Source of the DNA: Phoronis australis
Taxonomy: Eukaryota; Animalia; Phoronida
DNA length: 64,000 nucleotides
Direction: 5' to 3'
NCBI GenBank assembly: GCA_002633005.1
Contig: NMRA01000138.1
Location: 817,986 to 881,985 of the forward strand
The stretch's first letter is position 1. Every line of letters begins with the position of its first letter. Below the pieces are notes generated by a model. That model had not been told where the DNA came from, did not search any database, and saw only the letters and a program-made list of their open reading frames with translations. The position numbers and the translations under genes were made by a program. This document shows positions 49,958 to 61,700 of this stretch, piece after piece.

Positions 49958-50002
49958 CTTCTGATGATTGTGTTTGAATAAATGACACCGAAACATGTCA
50001 AG
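49958..50002 (+). ncRNA. minimal type I hammerhead ribozyme motif, sense to PPIP5K
   Basis: CTT CTGATGA TTGTGT ttgaataaatg ACACC GAAAC ATGTC AAG; predicted cleavage after C49999. Confidence 0.65.
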
Positions 50003-50569
50003 TCGATTTAAAACTGTGGTTGTTTTTAGTAATATATGGTGCTACTTGCTATCAAATCGAATTAGGCTTTTTACTTTCATAAAATTGATGTTGTAATTTT
50101 CCTTGCCATGACACAATTCTATTTCGATTACTGACAAGAGTTAAAACCATCAGTGACTCAAGAAAATATTTCAGAGTTTATTTGGATTAGCCAACTCTAA
50201 CATTGTGAATTCAAAAATGGCTCCTGACTTGAGTTAGAGACAGGAGTGGAATCATAATTATATGAGAGTAACAGGTCTAATTTGATTTTCATTAATCAGC
50301 TAAATAGTGTTTGGAAATAGCAAGGGAGTAAAGCTCGACGTATAGTTGTGTGGGCACATGGGCCTAAATAAGTGCATAATTATTATGTAACAACGTTAGG
50401 GTCCTCTGTCATCGTTCATTACTTTCTGAACTGCTGTGGTAGTTGTTCAGATTGTTCATATTTTAGGTGAATGGTTGCCACAGCCGAGGCAACAGTTCTT
50501 GGAAATTTTCTTTCAATTATCCGTGTATATGAACATGCATATCTTAAACCCCTGTGGAAATATAGATCC

Positions 50570-50631
50570 CAAACATTTTTAAGTCTGGTGTGGCCAACAG
50601 GTGGCATGCAAACCAGACTTAAAAATGTTTG
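50570..50631. repeat. 62-nt hairpin with perfect 20-bp arms
   Basis: caaacatttttaagtctggt (50570-50589) / accagacttaaaaatgtttg (50612-50631). Confidence 0.9.
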
Positions 50632-50804
50632 CAATTATCAAATGCACTGATACACATTTCTGACATAGTCAGTATTCCAAGTGTCAGTTAGTGCCATAAG
50701 TTTCACCATAGTCAGATAATTTGGATTAATAGAGTAATTGTACATATGTATCACAGAGGTTGTAAAGTAAAAGTATTACAAAATGTGCTTCTGGTATGAA
50801 ATCC

Positions 50805-50810
50805 AATAAA
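50805..50810 (+). terminator. candidate PPIP5K polyadenylation signal (alternatives at 49720, 49977, 51066)
   Basis: AATAAA followed by T/GT-rich sequence downstream of the stop at 49234; usage unknown. Confidence 0.35.
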
Positions 50811-52767
50811 ATCTCACCAATTTTGAACAAAGTGGTTCTGAAAATTGTCTTTTTTCAGTTTTCGAAGGCTTAGAGTTGTTGCGAATCCTGCCAATTTCTC
50901 AAAACAATGTCTGGTGTTAATGCATTTATTAAATCCTGATGGAAAACTGAAAAATTGAATGTTCACTTTTCTGTCATGTGTCTTAAATTGGTGTGACTTG
51001 TTACACTAAGTTTGCTCCTGTTTTAATGAGTTGCTATTGGATGACCAGATTAGTGTTTTGTGGACAATAAAATCTTGTTGCTCTATGTCTCTTGTGGTAA
51101 CTGAATACTATTTGAACCAAACTGGTTTCACTTCATTTAAAGTAAAACTACCTTTACTTTTCATGTCATAAGTGATATGTTACTAATTTTTCTTGTAGAA
51201 CACTCTGCCAGTTGTCATGACTGGTATGAAAATTTGATAACCACACACTTGGAACTGTTTCTCTCTGGCACTCGGGGCTTACATGCACGTCATAGTTTAA
51301 TACATATAACACATTTTTTTATTAAACGTTATAGTGAAAAACTCGTCATTCACGGACGTTTTGAGCAGTCACTCATTGAGGCTCAGATCCAGATGTGATC
51401 AGTCATTTTTTTAGATCTACTTTGTGGAAATATAAGTTTAATCCTATTCCTGCATCTTTCCATTCTCCCCAACCCCTCTTGTCGTGGTCCTCGATCGGCA
51501 CCTGTCTGTAACTTGTATATATTACAACCTCCACTGGTAACGAGAGTCCCATGGTCACACATTCCGACTGTCACTTTTACTCAAGAAAAGATCAGCGTAA
51601 ATAACATACTTTATTGAGTCTTAACATAGCACCGTGCTTTTCATTCAGCAGTGAATTCACGCACTTCTTGCCTCCAAACTATTTTTTTTTATTTTGGCTT
51701 CTATAGGAGTTTTGTTCCAAGATGAACCAAGCTACTGAGGCGATTTGTGTGTGTTTTACCAAACTCCACATTTCGTAAAAGGTTATGTAGAATCTTAGAA
51801 AAATGTCTAAATTTGATCGACTTCCGAACATATCTCAGAAATGGATTATCATATTCATATGAAACTTTCAGAAATTATGATGTATGCACCGTTCCCTAAA
51901 ATCTGTTAGTAATGGTTATTTACTTGATTTTTATATAATTTTCATGAAAAAACTCAAAAGTTGTACAAAGCGAAAATGAAACGATAATTTAGAAAACGGT
52001 AACAGCGTTGTTTGAGATTTCATTTTGAACATAAATATTACACGAAATTTAGTCATGTTATTGTCGCCGTTGCCCTGCCGTCAGTGTGGGTTCCATTTTC
52101 GCTGAAGTTTACTAGAAGACATGGTCACATGACCCAATTAAGAGTCATTCCACGGGAAAATCAAAAGAAGCAGGTTAGGTAAAAATGGGTAAAAAGTAAA
52201 AAATAAAACTAAATTCTACATGCTTTCTACTTTTAGAAACGAAATATGTACTTTTACCGAGTTCAAATCTATAGTATTGTATTTATTTGGCTAAATACCC
52301 TCGTCGATAATGTCTTACGTAACCTTTTGTGGAAAACTTACTTCAGATTGTGTGATACGTCGAAAAATGGCTGGTCCTACTGGCGGTAAGGGATTACAGT
52401 GACGATGATTTCTCAGTCAAGATGCGGAGTACAGGTCAGAAAACTGAGGTCTTGAGGTTGTTATACTTTAGAGTTAATACAACCAAAGTCGTTATTTTGG
52501 TGGCGTTGTTCGCTGAAAACGGCAAAATGAAACTTTCATACTCATTCAGATCAGGAAAGCCTACTCCAAATTTATTTTGACCATATGAACTACCGTGCAC
52601 CCCGTGTAGTCGGAAGTAGAAATACTGCCTCCGGTAACCACTGTGATTGACAGGAAGTAGAAGTAGTGCACCCGGTAACCAGTGTGACTGGTATGAAGTT
52701 GTAAGAAATCCGGCACTTGGACGAGCAGCGGGGTTATCACAGACTGGTGACTGTTATAGGCAAGTTT

Positions 52768-55700
52768 TCACACTGAACAGCCGCATCTCGACGTTTCCTC
52801 TCCATAATCAAATCTTTCGTCCTTCAAGCTGTAAGTTTCTGAGTATCGCCGTTGCTGAAATAATGGATGTTTAACATATTTTTATCGTAATTTGAACGGA
52901 AAAGATTTTTAATACATAGAGTATCTCGTGAAACCAACTAATCGTTGAAACAACGTTTTTTAACAACTGCGATGTTGAAAGTAAATTCGATCTCATTCCC
53001 TTAAAGCATCATTACTGCACCATAAGTTATTTATAGCTATTAACTGCCAGTCGTTCATTATCAATTAAGTTTACTTACGAAGGCATTTTGTACCAATTTT
53101 ATATCTTTGGCTAGAGATATGAATACGTCTTCCACGTTCTTACAGTTTTTACAACTGACTTCAAAAAAGTCCAGATCCATGCTATCAGCAAACTGAAACA
53201 GAAGCGATATAATGTTGGAATACTTGTGTCACTATTTATCTTATCCAATCATTTATCGTCATAAAACTTTTCAAATACAGTGTCACATTTGAACGACCAG
53301 TTGAGAAAATAACACCCGCATCATCTCGCTATTTGCGCTGACAGACAATCCACTTGTAGCTATTGTTGGTCAAGAAAAATATTTTAACATGTATTCAATA
53401 AAAAGGATAGCTGAGGAATCACGGGGTGTGTCTTAGTAGTGCTTACAAGTATGTGATTGCTTTCAGTCGGCATTTTTAAGGGTTTTCCCAATCGATATCC
53501 TGAGTTTGCGCATTTTTCCCAAAAAGTTCGACCAGGTAACAAAAATTGGCGATTGATCATCGAACATGTTGCTATTTCGATTGGACTGTACCTGTTGTCC
53601 TCTTTCGGGCATCACTTGCCGCACCCCATTCGCGCCGTCCGCTTTGTTCCCAACGATCACTTTGCAACAGTGAGGAGATGCCATCTAAGAAATGTCAGGT
53701 AGTAGGTATAGCAGTTCTATCAATTCGCACACTATTGGTACAAACACTTTAGGTGGCTCTTTTTAGAAACAATTAAAACAACACGCGTGTCTACGGCCTC
53801 AATTTTTACATTTTACGAATGGATAGAAGAATTGATAAATGAGGCGGAAATAGACAACAGAAAAAACTGCAGAGTTACTCGTCAGTAATATACAGATACG
53901 AGGCAACATTCAAGTGCCGATCATACTATGGATTGTACTAAAAAGGCAACTTTTTGTTTTGTCAGCTTTTCTGATTTAAATTAATATAAACAACCAGCGA
54001 ATTACATTTCACGAACAAAGGTCTAATGAAAAAAGTGTCTTACACCTCGGTCGGAAACAAAAAGACATGCAAAATATTGAAGCAATAACTTACAACGGTA
54101 GAAGTTTGCAGATCTATGTTAAACTCTAAATTAACCAGCAGTCAAGTTTTGGATACCACCGTCCCTGTTAGTCATTTTGTATTATTTCGCCAGTTTACTT
54201 AGGTTTAGTTTCTTTTCTCGGTTCCTTTACTGTTATTTTGTGTATATCGTCACCTTGGGTACTTCAGTTTCTGTTAGCCGCTCGTTCTTACGTACTTTCT
54301 CTTATGTTTTGGGCTTAGCCCTGCATAGCCTCTGTAACATTTTCAGTTCGTTCTGTTGTTCGTTTACTTGGTCCTTATATACCTCTTTCCTTATCTTACT
54401 TATGGTACTTTCATTTCACTCCATGTATCTTGTTTTTCCTATTTACCAATTTGCCACTTTTTCTCATTGCTTTGTTCAGTCTTCCATGTATTACTGTTGT
54501 ATTTTTAGCCTTACTTCTAGTGCCATTCGTTATCGCCACGATACCAGGGTGAGTTCACATCCGGCAGCTGTTGCAGCACTTGGGTAAACGTACCTCCCCC
54601 TCCAGCCTTGGCCCCTGGAGTTAGGGCTGGATATCCGGCTGCCAGCCTCTGTAAGTATGCCAATCTACACAATACCTCCTTTTTCCTCCCTTTTCTTTTG
54701 GTGCGTCCCTGCGGATGGGCATGAGCTGTCTTCAACATCTCTCGTGGCGCTTTTTATTGCCCATCTTTCCAGAGATTATTATTTTATCTTTATGTTATTT
54801 GTACACTCATATTTCTGTACCTTATCAGTCATAATAAATGACCTTCTATCACCTATACACGGTCTCCTTTGTATCTCTGGAAACGGAGCTGGCGACGCAC
54901 CAGTATTATCTTCGGGACATATTCCGAACATAAACGATATTTCACTCGTTAAATATATTTATGTGAGAATATGGACTCGTCCCATCGGACTGGTCCATTA
55001 CCCCTTGTGTAGATTTGCATGCGGTCCTCCTGCACTCGAGGCACCAGGACATTCTATTTCCAGCCTCACTATTGGTTCGTTTGTGTTACTGCCACGAGTT
55101 TGGTCAGCTCCTGGCTCCCATAGGCTGATGATTGTCACGTGTCATAGGGCTCCTTTGTTCTCAGTAAAGTTATATTTCCTGCCATCAGTACTTCGCTTTA
55201 GCAGCACTTAGGTTCGAGTCTAATCTCTTCATTTTTCCCTCCGTCTACCACCCTCTCCTTTGGGTGGTTCCTCTTACCTGAGTTCTGGCGCTTTTAATTG
55301 CCCATCTTTATAGAGGTTATTATTTTATCTTTATGTTATTTGTACACCCATATTTCTGTACCTTATCAGTCATAATAAATGACCTTATATCGCCTATACA
55401 CGGTCTCCTTTGTATCTCTGGAAACGGAGCTTGCGACGCACCTATTATTTTCGGGACATATTCCGAACATAAACAGGTAGCTAGTAGTGTGACCACTGTT
55501 TTGGTATGTGAGACTCGCACATATCCTAACATAGCACAGAATAAATTTTAAATAGACACTCATATGGTTAGGAAAATCCAAGTGTATACTTTTAAGTTAG
55601 GGGGTAGTAGTTTCAACTTACTTGATCGATGTTTGACAACCAGGCGACGAGATCACGAAATGTTTTTTCGTTGGTCACATCATACACCAGAATGATCCCC

Positions 55701-58700
55701 TGAAATAAGAACAGTGGGCCCACTGTATAACTCTGTGTTAACACTTGAGGGGCAAATGGATCCGGTGCTATGAATACGCACAGAAGACAACGCCCAGCAG
55801 GCAACTTAAACGGTGATAATATGCAATTGTTCTCACCGTTGTTTCGCTCGTGGTTAAGACGTCAACAGCGAGAAGCAGGTTGTGGCAACTTTTGCCGAAA
55901 CTTCTCCATTTTCGACAATATTCCTGACAGGCAATAACATCTGATTTTTAATTCAGGGAGCTCAATGTACAACGTTTTGAAATCATGAGTGAGTGAGTAA
56001 GTTTTCTACTAAGGAATCAGGAGTACAAGGGGAGCTAAGCCACTGTTGCGTAATGGGTTAACAATAATTTAGCGTGGTAACGACGACTCACGAATTCCGC
56101 TAGGTTTATTTAAAATAGCAATTGCAAGCACCGTATATTCTAGTAAAAATAAATAAATTAATAAAAATCAATTGTGATCATTGCAAGAATACTGGAATAC
56201 GCCTGTGAATTTAGGTAACAGATTACTAAACGGTCGCTTCACAACTTTTATTATTAAATTTGGTTACTTAGTATGTGAATATTCATAGACCAGATTCCCA
56301 TGGCTGTATTTATATTTCTGGATAATATTTTTTAATTCTAAATCTTGCTTCACTGCAATCTAGTATTGCTCTAGTTTACGTCATCGGCAAATATGAACAA
56401 CATATAAGTAATATCAGGAAGAGATTGCTTTTTAAAACGAAATGAGGCTGTAATTTTTTCGCTGCAGTTTTATTTGTAATTCGACGGCGACAAGACTTAG
56501 AAAGCAAAACTAAAACCATAACATTTCACGTATAGAAGACAGGCCTTTATATAACGGCCTAGGAAATGTGCGAAAAAAGGCGTACGCTCTTCCGCACCTG
56601 GGAATGCCACGTGACCACCTTACGCAATGAAAAATCGTGTGGCCCACCACGAATGCCTTCGAAGTTCAGTGAATTCGTAGCTAGATTCGCACGAACCCGA
56701 CAGTACAGCTTTACTTACGTTTGCACCTCTGTAATATGCTTGGGTAAGTGTCCTATACCGCTCTTGTCCCGCTGTGTCCCTAAAAGATAGTCTCGTTCAT
56801 TGGAAAACTCCATTTTAAATCCAAACGTAGTGCCGCTAATCAAAGCCCCTTTCTCCAGTCATAAACTATTTGTGCAAATAAAGCATTCGGAATTTTTGTG
56901 GTGCCCCTAGTCTCACTCTTAAGCAATGATATCAAGATAAAACGAGTAGTGCAGTAGGCTCTATAAGGAGGCAATAAAGAGATCCTCATAAAGTTGGTAA
57001 ACAGACGTGATGTGTAAAGACGGTTTCATGTTGTCACACCTGAAACCTCGCTATTCCAAACAGTCTCTAAAACGGTTTTAATGAGTAATTCACTACCTGA
57101 CAAGCGATGAAACCCACGAGAAACATCCAATAGTGCAGGTCGATCTCAATAGCTGTCTTGGCGGCGAGTAAAATTTATGCAAAATCGCATGAAAATACGC
57201 GGTGATATCTCGAGAAATCTAGAGAGACATTAGCGTTTCTGAACTCTACCCACTGAGATTAAGGGAATCATTCATAGTTCTCTAACAGCCCATGGGACTC
57301 CTTAGCAAATAAAAACAAAAAATGACCGCCGTGAGTCGAGAGATCTGCGGGAGTGACGTACATATGATGAGGATAAATCATCATGGCAAGTAGAAAAGTG
57401 TGGAGTATTCCTAGTTTTCGTCAACCACTAAGACGAGTGAACAACTTAAAATAACCGACAGTTCAATAACATTTGTGTAGTCACATATCATCCGTCCTTC
57501 ACGACCCAGTCCTACTTTGATGACGTTTCTGAAATCGGCAATGACGGTTGACATATGCTGTACTGCTATGCAGAAAATTTCAGTATTGTTCCACTTTTGC
57601 AAGATGAGCTATCAAATCAAAAGTTACAAAAAACGAAAACAAAATAATCTATAGAAAACGTTTTTGAGATTTCATCTTGACCATTTATAACAAAAGAAAT
57701 TTGATAATGTTTTTGATACCGTTGTTCTGCTATGAATGTAACCTGTTTTGCTAAATGTTGACCAAAAAGACATGGTCACGTGATCCAATTTATGTTAGAT
57801 TGATAAAACGTTAAAAGTCAAATTCTATAGAATTTCTCCTTCCAGAAAGTAGGTACTTTTGCCGAGTTGAAAGGTACAGTTTTGTGGATATTTAGATAAA
57901 CACAAAGATTAGTCGATAAGTTCTTACCTCACAGTAATGGTCAGCCAGACAGAGATTCAAGCTGATCTGTGTGTGTGTATCAAATGAAACGCGCATAACG
58001 TCATAGGTACCCCGCAGCGAGGTAAAATGCATTACCTGACAACAACAAATCTACCTCGTTGTTTCATTCTAAATCTGTGTAATACATTTACGTTGTGTGC
58101 TACGACCACTATTAATAGATCAGTTATCATTTTGCTCGTTTTGTGTGGGTAACCTGCATCAAGCTACGGCTACTGAACTGTATTACACTTGAAAACGCGG
58201 ATAGCCCAGCTCGAACGCAACTATTCGTCTGCACTGGCAGTAAGATCTCATGACCAGTGACTGAGTAGCAGAGGTCTGACTTTAACAGTCAAAATTTGGA
58301 GGACTGGAGAGTCAGTGGTACATAGCTGTAAACTATTTAAAAATATGCCATTCACCTATCATAATGGCTAGCAATCCCAAGATTTTCAGAAGCGGTTTTG
58401 TGACTCTTGTACGACATTCAGACCTAATTATTTTTCAAATCGGATATTTTTTGTGCCAACGCAAATATTTAAAGTCCTATTGCGGGAAGGGAAATTTGTG
58501 GTCGATTTTGTTGTGCCTCATGTCCTAGTTTTTCACCTTAACAGGAGGAAATGCTGTTTTGTGGCATGTGATGTGATGTGATGTGTGTTATCATTTTAAC
58601 TTGTTGCCTGCCTAGGGGAGCATTTAAAACTTAAACAATTCACACCTTAAAGGGAAAGTCAACGTTTTTGATGTTATCTTTGGTAAAAACACATTTCCAC

Positions 58701-61700
58701 TATGTGTGACGCAGACGGCCCAACCACGTGTTTCCGTCTCCTTAGTTCTACCCACGCGTGTAGTAAACGCAATCATTGACTCTAACACCAAAACGTTGAC
58801 GTTTCCCCTTTTAACTATTCATTAAAAGATTACATACCAGATCTGAAGTTTAACTTTTTGCTCACCAAGCTCGATTACACGTGTCATGCAATCTATACCT
58901 GAAAATGCGATGTCAAAAGTATGAAATAGGTTCTTTAGTTATTTAAAGGAACATCACCGGTTTTATGATCGAAAAACGTATTTTGGAAACAACTGTTAGA
59001 CGGCATAAGTTCCCTGAAATTGATCAGAGCTATAAAACAACAAAATACGTTGCGTTTTTATATTTTTATTTCAAATCATAAGTTCTCGTCGTTGTCTGTT
59101 AGACATTCGCTGAAATCGAATCACGTGACTTTACCTGCAAATTACTTTTAAAAAACTTCGCCATCTATCGAGTGAGGCTTAGCTCCAACACCAGAGCGAT
59201 TACAACACCTGCGGGGATCCCGGTTCGAGGTGAGGCTGCTTTTAGAAATTCACTTTCTTCACAGAAAATGTCTCGTTAATCAAACAAATCAAGATTTCTC
59301 TGCAGGATATACTTGGAGGGGATGAGCCAGGCGAGATTGTCCCATATTTCAGTTCAAAGATATCACACAACCGGACAATCACATTTGTTTTGACAGGTAG
59401 TCAACCTTCCTAGCTCCTTCAAGGACCGCACGTGCGTTCTCATTAATAGTGTTCTTTGGTCGCAAACACATTTTCTACGCACTGACTCACTTCATTTTAG
59501 TCAGTCGGCCAAAACTTGGTAAGTCCTTTAAATGAAGTTTTGATGGGAAAGTCATGTTAGAAGCAAACAAAACACATCACAATCCCCCAACTTATCATTC
59601 AGTACTGTTTGGGGGATTGCCAGGAGCTCAAACTTGCGAAGTCATCAAGTTATTGACTTCTAGTGAAGCTTGCTTTATGACAATGACGTAATTAAGTTGG
59701 CAATTTTAAATTTTAATGCCTTGCTATTATGGTTTACTCTGGCCAGTGAAACTCCAGGGTCACATACAGAGAGCAACTTTCTGTATGTCAAGGTCTAAGG
59801 ACACGGTCCTGACCAAAAATGAAGAAAATGGTATGGTTCTGGTTTGATGGCAATTTCGTGGAGTAAATGAGAAATAATAGCCACGAACGGTGTTCAGTAG
59901 TTCCTTGAAATTGTTTTGAGTAAATGAAGTAAATTTGGCTTCTACTCTGTTCTACCTGCATACGAAGTCTCGTCATTTTCATCCCTGTTCAGTGGAAAAT
60001 GTTAGGCATGAATATAAGGTACCTTCAGACAAGTGGAAATTGACAAAATCTGGTCAGTAATGATATATTTTAACCTAATTGTCTGAAATTAGTGCAAGAA
60101 CATTTAGATTCTTGTCTACTCTGTTGCATGTTGCATGGCTGTCGTGAATTTGGAATTTTAGGGAGAAAAATGCCACTCCTTGACACTCAAATTTTGCTGT
60201 GGCAAGGCAAAAAGACATAGAATTTTTACATATTTGAGAAATCACATAGATTTTACTTTCTGCAAGTCACGCTTTTCCCACGTGTTTTGAAACAGTGTGT
60301 AAATAATGGCTTTTGATGACCCAGACAAGAGATAAGGTCGAGATCAACTACTCGAGCTATATGGTCATTGACTCTGCTTCCACAAAGGGAAGCTATTAGT
60401 GATTGATGCGATTATTTGTTTAAATTAGCTATTATTTAAACTGATAAGCTCATTTACATATGAATAAGTCTAAAAATGTATAAGTGTTTTCATAATTTAA
60501 CTTTGCAATGTTAAATACAAAACGGTGATTTTATTTATTCAAAATTATCGACTCGATCTAACTGAGCCTCAAAGCAATCTCTGACTGTTACATTCAATGC
60601 ACATGATTCAGTAGAATTCGCATTGGCATTTCTCTGTAAAATTGTATCCACAAGTTGTTATTTAGTCTCATTACTCATGTGTACCTCAAATAATCACATG
60701 TTACCATTCTAAGAATTTGTTGATGGCATTCTCAGCACACGCTATTCGTATATTACCTATTCAGCCATGTGCACGACGAGGATGAAAAGGGCCAAAAGAT
60801 GAAATTGGCTGAGAAAACAACATATATATTCTGTAGCAGTGCGGAGTAAAGAAAACGAAGACTTAAACCTACCGCAAAATATCCCCGTGTAGGTGGTATG
60901 ATGTAATTTCAGTGGATACTGAAAACGCAACGATTCAGAAAATAACGCAATGAGCTCGTATTCGACTTCAAGGACATAGCATTACTTCAAATATATGACC
61001 AGTCGATATTTGTCTTGTATTTTCTGCTAATTAGTCATGTTCTGCAGTATCACAATTGATAAAGTATTGATTGAATAAAACCATTCCATGAAAATATTGA
61101 ATTAAATAATATAACAAAACAGCACGTGTTGCAAAGGGATTATTATAGACTGCACAAGTTGAAATTTAAAATTGGACGGCTTTTTACTCGAACGTAAGTC
61201 TTATTAGTGGGAATTTATGGTATGCACTGACAAGTTCAAAGTTCTTGAATGTGTTGTGTTGACTGACACGAGAAGTCAAATTAGCAGACTTGTGCATTAA
61301 TTTTACTGTTTTACAAAATTATCCATTTCAAACAAGTGCGTGTACGTGAAGAGATGTGAAGCAGGTATTTTATTTACATTAGATGCACGCGTAAACATCT
61401 CTTAACATGAAAGTGAAATTGTTCTCAAAGACCACAGTTACCATATTATAAAAAAAAACAATTGACTAAAATCGAAAGACAATAGAATTATGTTTGCTAT
61501 TGATTCATGAATTTTGATATGAAGAACAAATGATGAATCTAATCATGTTTAAGAACAATTGAAGTGGGCGTTGGAAAAGCTGTAGTAGGCAATATGAGTA
61601 TTTTGGGAAATTGGAAAAAGCCACCTTAGGCCAAATTATTTGAAACATTTTCTCAAAATTTCAACCATTCTGAATTTGCGCTATTTCTACACATTTTAAA

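Larger units (their letters stand above)
49572..50028 (-). mobile_element. 5'-truncated Penelope-like element (GIY-YIG C-terminal fragment) with inverted terminal repeat
   Basis: Minus-strand ORF fragment RHLKTRTREYL...SHVNIHL...FAIIDQA...ALHISWCKPSLNKQ resembles PLE endonuclease C-termini; about 70-bp inverted repeats at 49572-49642 and 49958-50028. Confidence 0.8.

Noticed and set aside
51383-51574. Possible last exon of the Rab gene
   Set aside because: No C-terminal cysteine motif in either compatible frame; 52854-52768 gives a proper acceptor and a CGCSV tail.
54177-55211. 136-aa and 184-aa hydrophobic ORFs
   Set aside because: T-rich repeat-derived intronic sequence with no recognisable motif.
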